DNA of 64,000 nt from Lytechinus pictus (Eukaryota): NCBI RefSeq assembly GCF_037042905.1, contig NC_087251.1, positions 45,448,001 to 45,512,000 on the forward strand. The letters run 5' to 3'. The position numbers were made by a program, and so were the translations under genes. A model generated the notes under the pieces. That model was not told the DNA's origin. It was given only the letters and a program-made list of their open reading frames with translations, and searched no databases. Positions 52,369 to 63,805 of the stretch are shown here, piece by piece (position 1 is the stretch's first letter; each line of letters starts with the position of its first letter).

Positions 52369-54600
52369 TACCCCAAATGCTTCTACATTGGTTTTGCAAA
52401 TAGTGACATACAGTAAGACTAAGAGAGAAAAGCAAAAATTTAGGTAGAAAAAGCTTAAGTTTGCTAAAAAGCATAAAGTATGAAGAGTATGAAAAGAAAG
52501 AAAAATCTCCCCTCCGACCCTTCACATACATTAGCAGTCAGTCCGCAAGCCCTGAAAAAGTAGCTTCTTTTATCCAAGTGATATTCATGACAAGAGGGTT
52601 TTTGCATAGTTAATGAGCTTGGTGCGAACCAAAACACCTCTTTTTATTCGGCCATTGCTGCTCTAAATATTGACCAAATTTCATGTTTTTGGTATCTTTG
52701 TAAAGAAGAAGAATCATTCTTTTAGGTCATGTGTTTGGATTTTTAAAAGAATGTTGTAATATAGGGAAAAATTTGGATCTAAAAAATGAAACAAAATATT
52801 TTTTTTCATGCAACAAAAGTTGTTGTTTTCACACTTAATTTCTGTTTAGGCACAAATGATTTTTAAATCATGATAAAGCTGAAGATCTAAGCTTTAATAT
52901 GATATAATTTTTATAAGAAGATGTGTTTTAGATGGGTCAGCAGCCAGCTTTTCATAGGCCAAGTACATTTTGCAGCTCAAAAACAAGAATACTGCGCTCT
53001 GATTGGTCATAGACCACACACCCACGCAAATTCCAATGTTCCCCACACTGGGCCTCTGCAAGGTCACACTCACCATGTGGTAATCTCTTCAAATTACCCG
53101 CGCCTGTTTGTTTTGAAAACAGTATTCAGCCAATCAGAACTCTGGATTTTATGTTACTCAGAAATTTCAGAAATCTCGTCTTACATCTTGATGGAAATAA
53201 CTGGCTGCTGACCCATCTAAAAGATGCCACATATCAAGAGTGACATTGTAAGAAAGTATAGAGTTTGAGCTTTCTGATGATATAAATAATGTTGGTGCCT
53301 AAAACACAAAATGTTGCACAATTTGCAAGTGAAAACAGAGGAAGAAAATTATGTTTGATGCATCTTTTCAGGTAAAAAATTCACTTATTTATCAAAATAT
53401 TTCATTCAAAAGAAATGACCAATATAAAAGGGTAACATTTACTCTTGCCCATGGTACAAAAATAATCAATATTACTCAAGGAGAAAGTGGTTAAATTCTT
53501 TGAGATAGAAAGTCTCACAATTCACGAGATTTTGCAGGGACATGAATTCAGCCACGAGAGGACTTGGATAAATCTTGCTCATTTGCTCATTAACACAGGG
53601 GCTTGCGGACTGACTGTTAGAGTCTAGATTAATGTCCATCTTTATCAATTAATGAAACTCTGTCAATGTTTGTTGATGACACAGCATCCTACTTCAATTT
53701 GGCATCTATGTTTTTGCCTCTGCTTAACAGGTATTACAGAGAACAGTCAAACTGTCAACATATTCAAATCACATTTGGAAAAGGTCCCTGAACATGTACA
53801 ATCCAGATGAAAATTTTCTATGTCCATGCATGCTCTACCCTAGACCAAAAGCTTCGGTCTCTGTTATTGTTCAGCTGAACTCCGTTGGCTTCACTCACCA
53901 AATACAGAGACTGAAGTTCTAGCGCGATCTGTACAGGGGACTCAATGGCCATATGTTTATGTACTTAAGATCGGATAAAACGGGGAAGTGAATTTGCGCG
54001 ACAGCCGAGGTAAGTCACTGTTTTTGTTCCTTTTAAGTTGATTTTTCTCTGTTTTTTGGCATTTAATGCCAGGAGGGAATATTAATTTGCATTTTGGTCG
54101 CATTAATTTTCAAAATTTTTATTCATTAAAGACAAAAATTGAAGAGCCCCTACGGGGGGATTTTGCATTGCAAGTCCCCTAATGGTGGCTGCACGATAGC
54201 GAGCCGTCTGTGTACGAGGAGAAATTTAAAAAATAAAAAAATGTTAAAAAACTCCTCAAAACAGACGGCTGCCAGCTGTCTAGCTCTACCCATGCCAATC
54301 TGAAATCTGAACAAATACCCCAAATGCTCCTACATTGGTTTTGCAAATAGTGACATACAGTAAGACTAAGAGAGAAAAGCAAAAATTTAGGTAGAAAAAG
54401 CTCAACAGCATAAAGTATGAAGAGTATAAAAAGAAAGAAAAATCTCCCCTCCGGCCCTTCACATACGTTAAGAGTCTAGACTAATGTCCATCTTTATTAA
54501 TTAATGAAACTCTGTCAATGTTTGTTGATGACACAACATCCTACTTCAATTTGGCATCTATGTTCTGCCTCTGCTTAATTAACAGGTATTACAGAGAAAC
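52369..54600. repeat. Local duplication: (52369-52534 plus 53617-53745) matches 54316-54600
   Basis: Near-identical direct copies; the first is interrupted by a transposon. Confidence 0.9.
52535..53616. mobile_element. Non-autonomous TIR element with apparent 4-bp TTAG TSD
   Basis: TTAG|CAGTCAGTCCGCAAGCCC...GGGCTTGCGGACTGACTG|TTAG. Absent from the paralogous segment at about 54465-54475. Confidence 0.85.
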
Positions 54601-54665
54601 AGCCTAGTAAAAAATACAAGAATGAATAACGAAACTAAAAAATTAACTTGAACATAGAACAGGTA

Positions 54666-55320
54666 TGGTGGTGTGACCTTAATTTGCGCGTTACCTAATT
54701 TTGCGCACGGTCGAATATCTCAATATCTAATTAATATCTTGAAAAACTGATATCTCCAAAAGAAAAAAGCGACCCAAATTACATTAACATATTAGAGTCT
54801 CCTCAGTATTGTAATTTTCTTGAAGGTAAGGTCTCAATTTGTGAAAATATTGGCAAAACATTGTCAAATTTTGTTACCTTTTGCGTCTGCTCCGAGAAAA
54901 TCTGACCTTCTCGATAAGTTACAAGAAATCGCCAGTTTGTGAGCAAAAGTCTCCAAAATAAGGAAGTAAAATGTGATACCAACCTAATCTATCGCATTTT
55001 AACCTCCATCTGATACAATTATTTTACCTTTGTCTGCTTGATTTCTTTTCTAAAGCTTTGCAAAATGATCCTGATCCTGCGCAAATTAAGGTCACACTTT
55101 TTATGAAACTTTTCAGCCGAGCGCACTAGTCGATCGCCATGGAATTTTTAGATCTACCAGCAAAACCCTTGACCTACTTCAAGTGAATTTTGACTTTGGG
55201 ATATTGGCTTGTTTAGTTTTTATGATTTTGATTAATTTTGGGTGAACTGTGAGATATTTTTGATTGAAAATCAACTTCAGGATCACTTCTGAAATGTGCG
55301 CAAATTATGGTCACCCCATT
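54666..55320. mobile_element. Old TIR element
   Basis: IR gtgaccttaatttgcgc / gcgcaaattatggtcac with an internal copy at about 55080. Flanks acaggtat / acaggttc (6/8 match). Confidence 0.5.
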
Positions 55321-55635
55321 ACAGGTTCTTTGAGAGAAAGCATTAATATTAATTTAGAAATCCAACTCCTTAATGAATTGGTTTACATCATCATGATCAT
55401 GCAAAGCTGAAATAAAATTTCAACTTCAAGTTCAACTTAAGTGGACGTCGATCAATACAATTCTTAAGTTTAAAGTTAGATTAGTCTAACGTTAGATAGA
55501 CTTCAGTCACCAGTGTCTGTTACAAACAATGCTAACTTCTAACTCACAAAAAAGACAGTCATTCAAAATCATTCATTTCACATTTTCAGTCAATCAAAAT
55601 TCAAATGAATGTGGATGGGTGTGTGTGTGACTTAC

Positions 55636-55735
55636 CACCAGATGAATTCGGAATTCTTGCTTCAAGTTTGTACTTGACTGTGTCGCAGAGAGTTCTATAG
55701 TCATCTTCAATCCTTTCAAATCGCTCCGATGACAT
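55636..55735 (-). CDS. VTI1B: VTI1B exon 1 (MSSERFERIEDDYRTLCDTVKYKLEARIPNSSG)
   Basis: ATG in caaaATGT context, resembles the Vti1 N-terminus (SSEHFE-like). Donor GTG|gtaagt phase 1 joins exon 2 in frame. Confidence 0.88.
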
Positions 55736-56029
55736 TTTGGACGTTTTATTTAACACAGATCCAGAAGAATATGATCCTTTCTCCTCAGTCCGACCAAGTG
55801 TAACTCTCCGACTCCCGATCCGTAACTTTTTACAACGTTAATGAATACAACACAATCAGGTGACCTCAATCAAGTGCCTAGACTATTACCAGTCGTTTTA
55901 TACTATTCTATTTCAGACGCTACGGTACTTCTTGGTACAATAACTTCTTAATTAACTGAGAACGACTGCGCAGGGTCTCCTTTATATATATATCTCGCAG
56001 GGTTTACTTTTGTTGAGGGCAGCTTTGAC
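55736..56029. promoter_or_regulatory. Putative bidirectional promoter / 5' UTR region shared by VTI1B and ZNF839-like
   Basis: Only 294 bp separate two divergent start codons. Confidence 0.6.
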
Positions 56030-57903
56030 ATGGCGGACGCGGAGGATGCAATTATTGGAGAAATAACCCATTCTGATCCCGATTCCGACACACAGGATAA
56101 TGTAAAACAGCAAGGCTTTATCGGTAAAAGCTCTCCAGGAACAAAGGAAGGAAAAACACCCGATCTTTTGTCCGAGGCTCTCTCAAAGATGGATGAATCT
56201 GGACAGGAAGATGAAATAAATTTCTCTGCCGCGGCAGGAGAGACAGACGCAAACACCGATGGAGCCGCGGGTAGCGGCTTGTTAGAAGAAGATGATCATG
56301 ATGATAAACAAGTTTCTGAAACTGTCATTCCTGAAGCCGAACCAGGAGATGGATTCCCCGTCGTTGGAGATCAGAATCAAATGTTGATTGCTGACAGCAC
56401 GTCATCTAATGACAATGGGCTGATTGATGGATCAATTGAATCACAAGCTGATTGTTTGACTGGCCAAATTGATTCTGAATCTTCCAAAATTGACACCGAA
56501 TCTTCTGCTCTTTCTGGGGATCATGATTCAGCCATGTCTTCATCATCGAATAATGTCTTATCAGATATTGCAGCAAGTTCTTTACTTGGGTCCATTGCAA
56601 CCATGATCGATTCAGGCAGCGATTGTTCTCTCACCGAAAACTCAAAAAATAAAGATGCATTAAACATCCTGGAAACTGCTTCTGCATCAGCTGTAGGAAC
56701 CACTCCCACTTCTGTAGTAGCTGCACCTGCGGCCAATCCAATATCTTTGAATTTGGCAAGATCAGCTCAAAATACATCATTACTTGTGAATGGAAATAGT
56801 TTGTTGACAGGTTCTGCTTCTAGTAATATTGGCCTTGGAACATCTCTGCTGAATACCCCTGGCCTCATTCAAGCCATCTCACAGCAACAGACGGCTCCAA
56901 TCACAAGCGTTCCAACTCTGAGAGTAGCACCTTCAACCCCTTCACCGGTAACAATCACTGTTCGAACCCCTCCAGGGACAGGGGCTCTCAGCCAAACGCT
57001 TATATCGAATATTGTGAATACCCCAGAAGTGCAGGCCCTCTTGGCAAAGAATCCTGGTCAACCAATCACCATTGTTCGCGTTCCAGATGCTCCAGCCACT
57101 GTGACCACCCAGTCATCAAAACCAACTCCAGCCCCAGCTCCTCCACCTGCTTCATCTTCAACACCAGCTAAGGCTCCAGCTCTTATTAAAGTTCCAGTTT
57201 CAACCACGACTCCAGTTTCTGCTCCCATCTTGTCCACAAGTCAGAAACAGGGAAGCACTATTCCGATGATGAAAGTAGTAACTAATGCAACTAACAAGCA
57301 GCAAACACCCGTCAGAACTTTCCCACCCGGTACCATCCTGTCCAACAGGCTCCCCAGTAATAGCACTCCAACAACCACAAAAACAACTTTTTCACCCACT
57401 TCAACATCGGTCAAATCCTCTCCGAGTCCTAAGCCAGCCATAGTCTTGGGAGTAAAGAAAAAAGTTGGTCGAGGTGGTGGAAAAGCAGCGGCCAAGGGAA
57501 TGGCTCCAGCAGTGCCGTCCTCGCAGGACTTGCATCTCATGAGACAGAAGAGACCGGCCAACTGCAAGACTCGATCTGGACGAGTGTCCAGGCCTCCACT
57601 GTATAGAATCAAGGAGTACAAAACCATGTCCAATGAAGAGATGGGAGACCAGCCAGGTTCCTCTGATGGAGAATACTCGGATTATGATGATGGTGAAAAT
57701 GCAACCTCGACACTTAGCTTCTATGATCAGAAGAGGAGGTATAAATGCCAGAACTGTGAGAAGCGGTACATTGGAAGAGGCGGACTGGCCAGACACTACA
57801 GAGACAACCAGACACATGGAGATCCTGATGCCGTGTTTGCAAAGACGGAAGATGAAGACCCACAGATGGAGATGGAGACTGATGAGAAACAAAGTGACAA
57901 AGA
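56030..57903 (+). CDS. ZNF839: ZNF839-like protein, first coding exon (low-complexity N-terminus, KTRSGRVSRPP motif, single C2H2-type finger CQNCEKRYIGRGGLARHYRDNQTH)
   Basis: 625-aa ORF. The TRSGRVSRPP and 'YIGxGGLARH' finger motifs are characteristic of ZNF839. Donor GA|gtagga phase 2 is the only phase giving an open next exon. Confidence 0.85.
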
Positions 57904-58180
57904 GTAGGAGTCTTTTTTTTTTTAAATAGTCTCTGTACATTGTACAACATAACTTGTTTTAAAGTTTAAATCATCAGTTCTAGGAAAAGAGAGGAGGGGG
58001 GGGTTATTATTTGAATTTGTGAAATTTTTCTTGATTTCACCTTTCAAATTTTTTATTCAAAAAGCCTTTTATTTTTTCAACTTTTACCATCATATAATTC
58101 TCAAAGCAAGAGTTCAGTTGAGAAAAAATAATGAAAACAAAGGTGTATTTTTAATTCGTTTTATATTTATTTTCTTGTAG

Positions 58181-58547
58181 AACAAAGGAGGAGACACCAA
58201 ACGAGGCAGCTGAAATCCCGAGTGAGGCAGCCGAGACAAACGAGGCAGCTGAATCCCCGAGTGAGGCAGCCGAGAAACCTAATGGGAACCAATCTCCCAG
58301 TCCCAAGCCCGAAGATGATAAGCCAAGTTCTTCAGAAGAGACATCCCAAGAAAACAAACAAGCAGAACCAGAACCAGAACGGCCGAAACCAGCTATAATT
58401 ACCTACCACTATCCTTATAAACCAAGGGGGCGGGGTAGAGGAAGACCCCCAGGGTCGGGTCGTAAGGTCGTTGATCAGAGTGGCGATGCATCAGTGATAA
58501 CCTCAAACAGCAAAGATGTTCCAAAGGCAGAAGCATCAACTTCAAAG
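58181..58547 (+). CDS. ZNF839: ZNF839-like exon 2 (acidic region; AT-hook-like RGRGRGRPPGSGRK)
   Basis: tttcttgtag acceptor, open frame for 367 nt, AAG|gtgact donor. Confidence 0.8.
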
Positions 58548-59312
58548 GTGACTGGAAATTATACTACAGGGGATTTTTTTTTAATACGGTACCATTTTAA
58601 TACAGGATGTTGAATTAACTTACTTTAATTTCCGTAAGGTGTGATGATGGTATCAAAATAGGGCTTAAAGTATTTTAAGATTTTCTATGAAATGCAAGTA
58701 ATATGATTGTTCAATCTGTTTTTGAAAGTTTATTCTGCTTTTTGTTACTAATTGATTAATTACAATAAAGTCTTGAAATATTTGTTGCTTTGTCTCGTAA
58801 GTTTTCAATAACAACTGATTAAGAAATTATGTGTGATATTCAAATGCCCTGTAGATCTACATTAAATGTTAGCAAAAAGTTCAATCGGAACAAAATCATA
58901 ATACATCTGGATGTCTGTTTAGCTTTAGCACTTTGCAAACACTATCCCTTTCATCATTAAAGATGAAATGAGAATCCTGATTGAATGATAAAGTTAAAGG
59001 TACTGCTTAATGTTACTGAAGATGCCATTTGATTGGTCAATGTCATTTTTTTCATTGAATCGTAACATCATCTACTAAACATTAGTTTTATAAAAATAGG
59101 CCCAGAAATAAATGTTCTGCGGATCTGGTATAAGCATCATTTACTCTACTCATTATAATCCTTTAATGATTCTGTTGTAAAAGAACTGATTGATAGATTT
59201 GACCTTTCATCTCATAATCAGGAAATGAACTTCTTCTTTCTCAAAATCTCATATGGTATTCACTGAACAATGCATCAATCTTATGAATATTCATGATGAC
59301 TTCATATTACAG

Positions 59313-59553
59313 TTCTTTGACCCCAAGACCCCTCTTGACGATGATCTGATCAAGGTCACGCTGCCTATGCTGTCTAAGGTCATCACTCCCTGGGAGTACA
59401 TAGTCGCCAGAGCCCAGCAGACCACAACCAAAGATGCAATCTTTCCCACCATCCTGAAAGCACTCAAAGAAATGCATCTTGAAGCCAGGAAGATGGCTGC
59501 GTCGTGTCTGGAGCGTGTTCCAGTTTTTCCTGTCAAGGATCATTCTGTGAAAG
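59313..59553 (+). CDS. ZNF839: ZNF839-like exon 3 (conserved helical region DDDLIKVTLPMLSKVITPWEYIV...IFPTILKALKEMHLEARKMA)
   Basis: ttacag acceptor, phase 0 to 1. Resembles the conserved ZNF839 block recalled as '[22 protein letters not shown]...FFPAIYKEFEELHKMVKKM'. Confidence 0.88.
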
Positions 59554-60159
59554 GTCAATACACATTCTTTCTTCATTTCCCCCCTTTTTTTAATTCTTGG
59601 GTCGTTATATTAAGATGTTTAGTTGCACATGACAAATCAAACAAGTAGATTATGTCAAGCTGAACATGTCTTAATTTACTGTTAATGTACCTTATTATAT
59701 AAAGTATTTTATTATATGAAGTATTTTTTGCCAATTGTATATTAAATAATCATAAAAACTGAACATAGTACATGTTTGTTGATTGTATGGAGGACTTTTG
59801 GGGCCTACATTCAGGCTCTGGAATTTTCCATTTAGTATGTGACTATCTTTCATTCTAAAGAAGAACCCATAGAAACTTTGTAAACTGGAGTTAAAGATTT
59901 AGTGAGGTCACTGAAAAACACATACACTGTAGATATATATTCAGTCCATTTGTATTATATCGGAATGAAAATAAATACATTTATCAACTCTTTGTAGGTT
60001 CATAGAGTCTGTGGGATTATCTTTAACTAGTTAGTCCATTTGAATTTAATATAGGCTCAATCCAGTTTCAGCAATTATCAAGTTAATTACATTTCACTTA
60101 ATACCAAATATGGGGAATTAAAGGGTTGAACATAAAATAAAATGTAAGCATATATGTAA

Positions 60160-60571
60160 AGGCCACCGCACACCTTACGACTGTTCGCGATCCGATTGTG
60201 GAACAAATTGCATTTTACTCATTTTCTGAAAATGTGAATGGAACATATCATTTTATTTGAGGTTAACATTAATTGAAAGAATACTAATACAACTATTTTG
60301 AAAGATTGCAAGCCTTTATTTTGGAGTAAAGGCCAAATTAGTTTCAAATCGTAGCCAATCGTACGACTGCTATGACGTCATTACGACTGGATATTAAATT
60401 TGCTTTTATTCTAAGGATGATAGCATAGTCACAGATTAGAACATAGGTATTCGTACAATGATTTCGAACATTACACAGTAAGATATTCCAAGTCTCAATA
60501 TTAGCATCAAATTCTACTACGTTTTATTCCAAAAATGAATCGCAGACCAAGCGTAAGGTGTGCGGTCGCCT
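60160..60571. mobile_element. PIF/Harbinger-like MITE
   Basis: TAA|AGGCCACCGCACACCTTACG...CGTAAGGTGTGCGGTCGCCT|TAA. Confidence 0.82.
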
Positions 60572-60629
60572 TAAGGTGCATCTTTTACTAATTTTATTAC
60601 TTCTCTATTCCCCCTCCCCTTCTGCACAG

Positions 60630-60868
60630 GAAACGCATCACAAGAGATTCTAATCGAGGACGATGCTATGGCTAAAGTTCTTGGTGTGGAGACTGGACGA
60701 TATCGCTTCAAAGATCCCTCAGACGATGCTCTGCCAAAGACTGTAAGACTTCTGAAGAAGCAAGAAGCACTATCCAAAGATAAAGAACAAAAACAACCTA
60801 AGGCTGCAAAGAGTGTAGGTGAAGCACTGCAGAGGAAGCGCAGAATGGCAAATTCACCAAAGAGTGAG
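60630..60868 (+). CDS. ZNF839: ZNF839-like exon 4 (GNASQEILIEDDAMAKVLGVETGRY...SPKSE)
   Basis: Polypyrimidine plus gcacag acceptor, GAG|gtaaac donor, phase 1 to 0, open frame. Confidence 0.82.
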
Positions 60869-60931
60869 GTAAACTTTTTGGGACCACGTTGTACCCAAGT
60901 TATTATTTCTTCTGTATTTCTCAACATTTAA

Positions 60932-61677
60932 CCCTAAATAAGACTGGGCTATTTCGACGCCTAAGAAGACTGGGGGGGGGGGCTGATTCAGCCCCCCCTT
61001 ATGATCTCGGACGTCGATCGCGACGAAAATTGGCACGCGCGTTACCCATGGCATTATCTACAAAACTATAATATAAAATTCTGCGAAAAATCTCATTTCT
61101 CATTAATTATGCTAATTTATGCGTAAAATCGTAAGTTTGCTCTAATTAACAAAATAATGCCCCTAAAATGCAAATATTTGTTTCATATACTCTTTATAGG
61201 CCTCTGATCAAATTTATTTTTTTTAAATGTCAATATCACATTTATTTTCTTATGTATTTTATTGTTTTCTTAATTTCTTATGTATTTCTTTGTTTTTCGA
61301 CTTTTGTTTTTCTATTGTTTTTTCAATGGAAATTGTCGGGTACTTTATTTTGACCATTAACAAGATAAAATAAATTGATTTTAAGCTGTAAAAGGAAAAA
61401 TAATGATACATTTTATGAATTTTGGCTAAAAACACTATTTGCATTGGATTTGTACACAAATTCACGTTTTTGAGCAATTTTGGGTCTGCATGCACTTACG
61501 AAATGTTGCGTAATTTCGGAACCGCATACCTGGGGGTCACAATTTTGGTCTCAAAAGTTGCGCGAGACTTGAAAGTAAAAAGTCAGCGAGCGATGCGGTC
61601 AAAAAAATTCGCGCGGCGGATTTATTGCGAAAAACGTCAAGGGGGGGCTGAATCAGCCCCCCCCAGTCTTCTTAGGG
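60932..61677. mobile_element. piggyBac-like non-autonomous element
   Basis: TTAA|CCCTAAATAAGACTGGG...CCCAGTCTTCTTAGGG|TTAA. Subterminal palindromes gggggggctga(t/a)tcagccccccc at both ends. Confidence 0.85.
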
Positions 61678-62003
61678 TTAATAAGGACAAAGCTGTTTTA
61701 CTATCATGGCTGAAAGCAGATACCCTTCAATCATTTAATATTTTATCAATGCCAAATTTAGTCATCACTGTAATGACCTGTATCTGTTGTATGATTTGAA
61801 CTGAATGATTTATACAATTACAACCCCCCCCCAAAAAAAAGTCTTTCTGTCTATTCTGGGGTCTAATTTCCACTTGGTTAAAATGCAGGGACCACTAGGA
61901 TCAATTTTCATATGGTAAAATGTAATTTGCTAGTCAATTTATGAATCAAAGTCAATCAAAGTTTAAATTAAAGTTTCTTGGCAATTTTCAAAAATTCCAC
62001 CAG

Positions 62004-62315
62004 CCCCCGAGCAAGAAAACCCCTGGCACAATCAGCATCCTTTCTCCTCGGTCAAGCTACTCCCGGCTCACCACCCCTTCCTCGTTTCCTGCCAAGAGGG
62101 TCCATACCATCGGAACCATAGCATCCATCGCCGACGTCCCCAACGCCAACACCACGGCGAAACCTGCTGCTGAAAAGAGACCCATCCCTCCTCTTGGTCC
62201 GATATCATCGGCCTCCAAAGGCATGGAATCGAACACCAAAGCTTTTGAATCCAGCCCGACGGCCAAGACAACCAGTGTGACGACGGCGTTGCCACCACTC
62301 AAGCCTATCAGAACA
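62004..62315 (+). CDS. ZNF839: ZNF839-like exon 5 (PPSKKTPG...LKPIRT)
   Basis: ccaccag acceptor, ACA|gtgagt donor, 312 nt phase 0/0, GC-richer coding-like composition. Confidence 0.75.
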
Positions 62316-62759
62316 GTGAGTGCCTATTTCATTGAATCAGTTGTGTGAATGTGTCTTTTTTTTCTTATTCAGAAATGATAACTTAAGCTTTATTCATGTT
62401 ACCTTAAGTTAGTCGTTAACTAATTACATTGGTGCCATAAAGTCGACAACCATACTTGCATATGCATTGAGTTTTCATTCTCTATCTCACATGCTCTCTC
62501 CCCCTCTTCTCTGCTCTCTCTTTCTTTCTTGTCTCAGTCTCTTCTCTGTCTTAATCTGTGTATTCCCCCTCTCTCTCTGTTACCCCTCTTCCCCCAGATA
62601 AATAAATGTAACTATTGATTGTACATCAAGTAATTAATCTTACAATGTACATCACAATTATTATAAGCTTGACGAACATTATTCACAATGGAGTGGACAT
62701 ACTAAAGATAATTTTTATTCCCAATTATTTTTTTTCTTAATTTAATTTCATAAAAAAAG

Positions 62760-62942
62760 AAACCTACCAACACCCAGTCAACATCGTCACAAGAGAGCAA
62801 GACCACCACCAGCCCTGCTACTACTACTACCACTACACCATCATCAGAACAAAGCACTGCCATTGAGGATGATACAGCCAAGGAAAGCTCTAGCTTATCC
62901 TCAGACTCACAGCTCCTCACATCTACTCAAGATTCTCCTGAT
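62760..62942 (+). CDS. ZNF839: ZNF839-like exon 6 (Thr/Ser-rich KPTNTQSTSSQE...QDSPD)
   Basis: 183 nt phase 0/0 open frame, GAT|gtaaga donor. Acceptor is atypical (ttcataaaaaaag). Confidence 0.68.
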
Positions 62943-63427
62943 GTAAGAATTTCTATTTATGACTGCCATTTATCTTAAGCCATATTGATTATTCCGACTT
63001 GTGGTATATGTTTGAAGTAAATGGTAGCTTTGATTAGATATGATGTAATCAGCCTTTTCAAGTGACGTACCAATTATATTGTAGTGCAAGTTTGACCTTG
63101 TTGATAATTCATCATGATTATACATGTATATACCAAAATGTCATGGAAAAAAAAATAGGGCATGCCAGAACATAGGTCTTTGACTAATGTGATAAGGTAC
63201 CAGTAACATCATTTTAGTGTCCTGACGAAGGTAAATGACATACATCTATTGCAATCCAACTGATAAGATGCCATTAGAACACACACAAATAAAATCCAAT
63301 GCGACTCGGCCCTTAAAACAAAGGAGGGCAGTCTTCAAATTTTATTGTGCTTGGCAAAGATTCAACTTCTGATGTTCTGCTGTGCAAGGTCAATTTCACA
63401 AATTCCATTATGATTTTTCTTCTTCAG

Positions 63428-63805
63428 AGCAACCCTGCCAAAGCCCAAGAGGCAGAGGCGTCCAACGAGTCCGGTCCACCCCTCATGGAGACGGGAGACA
63501 CCCCCTCAGAAGACCTGGTGGAGCAGACCACCGTCCTACCCGAGGGCACCACCATCATGCAGCTGGAGGACGGCACCTTCCTCCTCCAGAAACCCGACGG
63601 CACCGCCATGCAGATCCAGACGCCCGAGGGCATGACCATCGAGACCGTCCAAGCTCTTCTGTCCATGGAGGGTGGTGCCATTGAGACGGTCGAGGAGCCC
63701 AGCCCGCAGTACATCCTGGACGACGGCAGTTGCGTCCAGCTACCAGCGGGGATGTCCCTGGATATGGCCGTTGAGATGGGTTTGATCAATCAGTCTGCAG
63801 ATTGA
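63428..63805 (+). CDS. ZNF839: ZNF839-like last coding exon (SNPAKAQE...GLINQSAD*)
   Basis: ttcttcttcag acceptor, in frame with ORF 63347..63805, TGA stop. The seven exons total 3,594 nt, about 1197 aa. Confidence 0.82.
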   Translation, partial: SNPAKAQEAEASNESGPPLMETGDTPSEDLVEQTTVLPEGTTIMQLEDGTFLLQKPDGTAMQIQTPEGMTIETVQALLSMEGGAIETVEEPSPQYILDDGSCVQLPAGMSLDMAVEMGLINQSAD

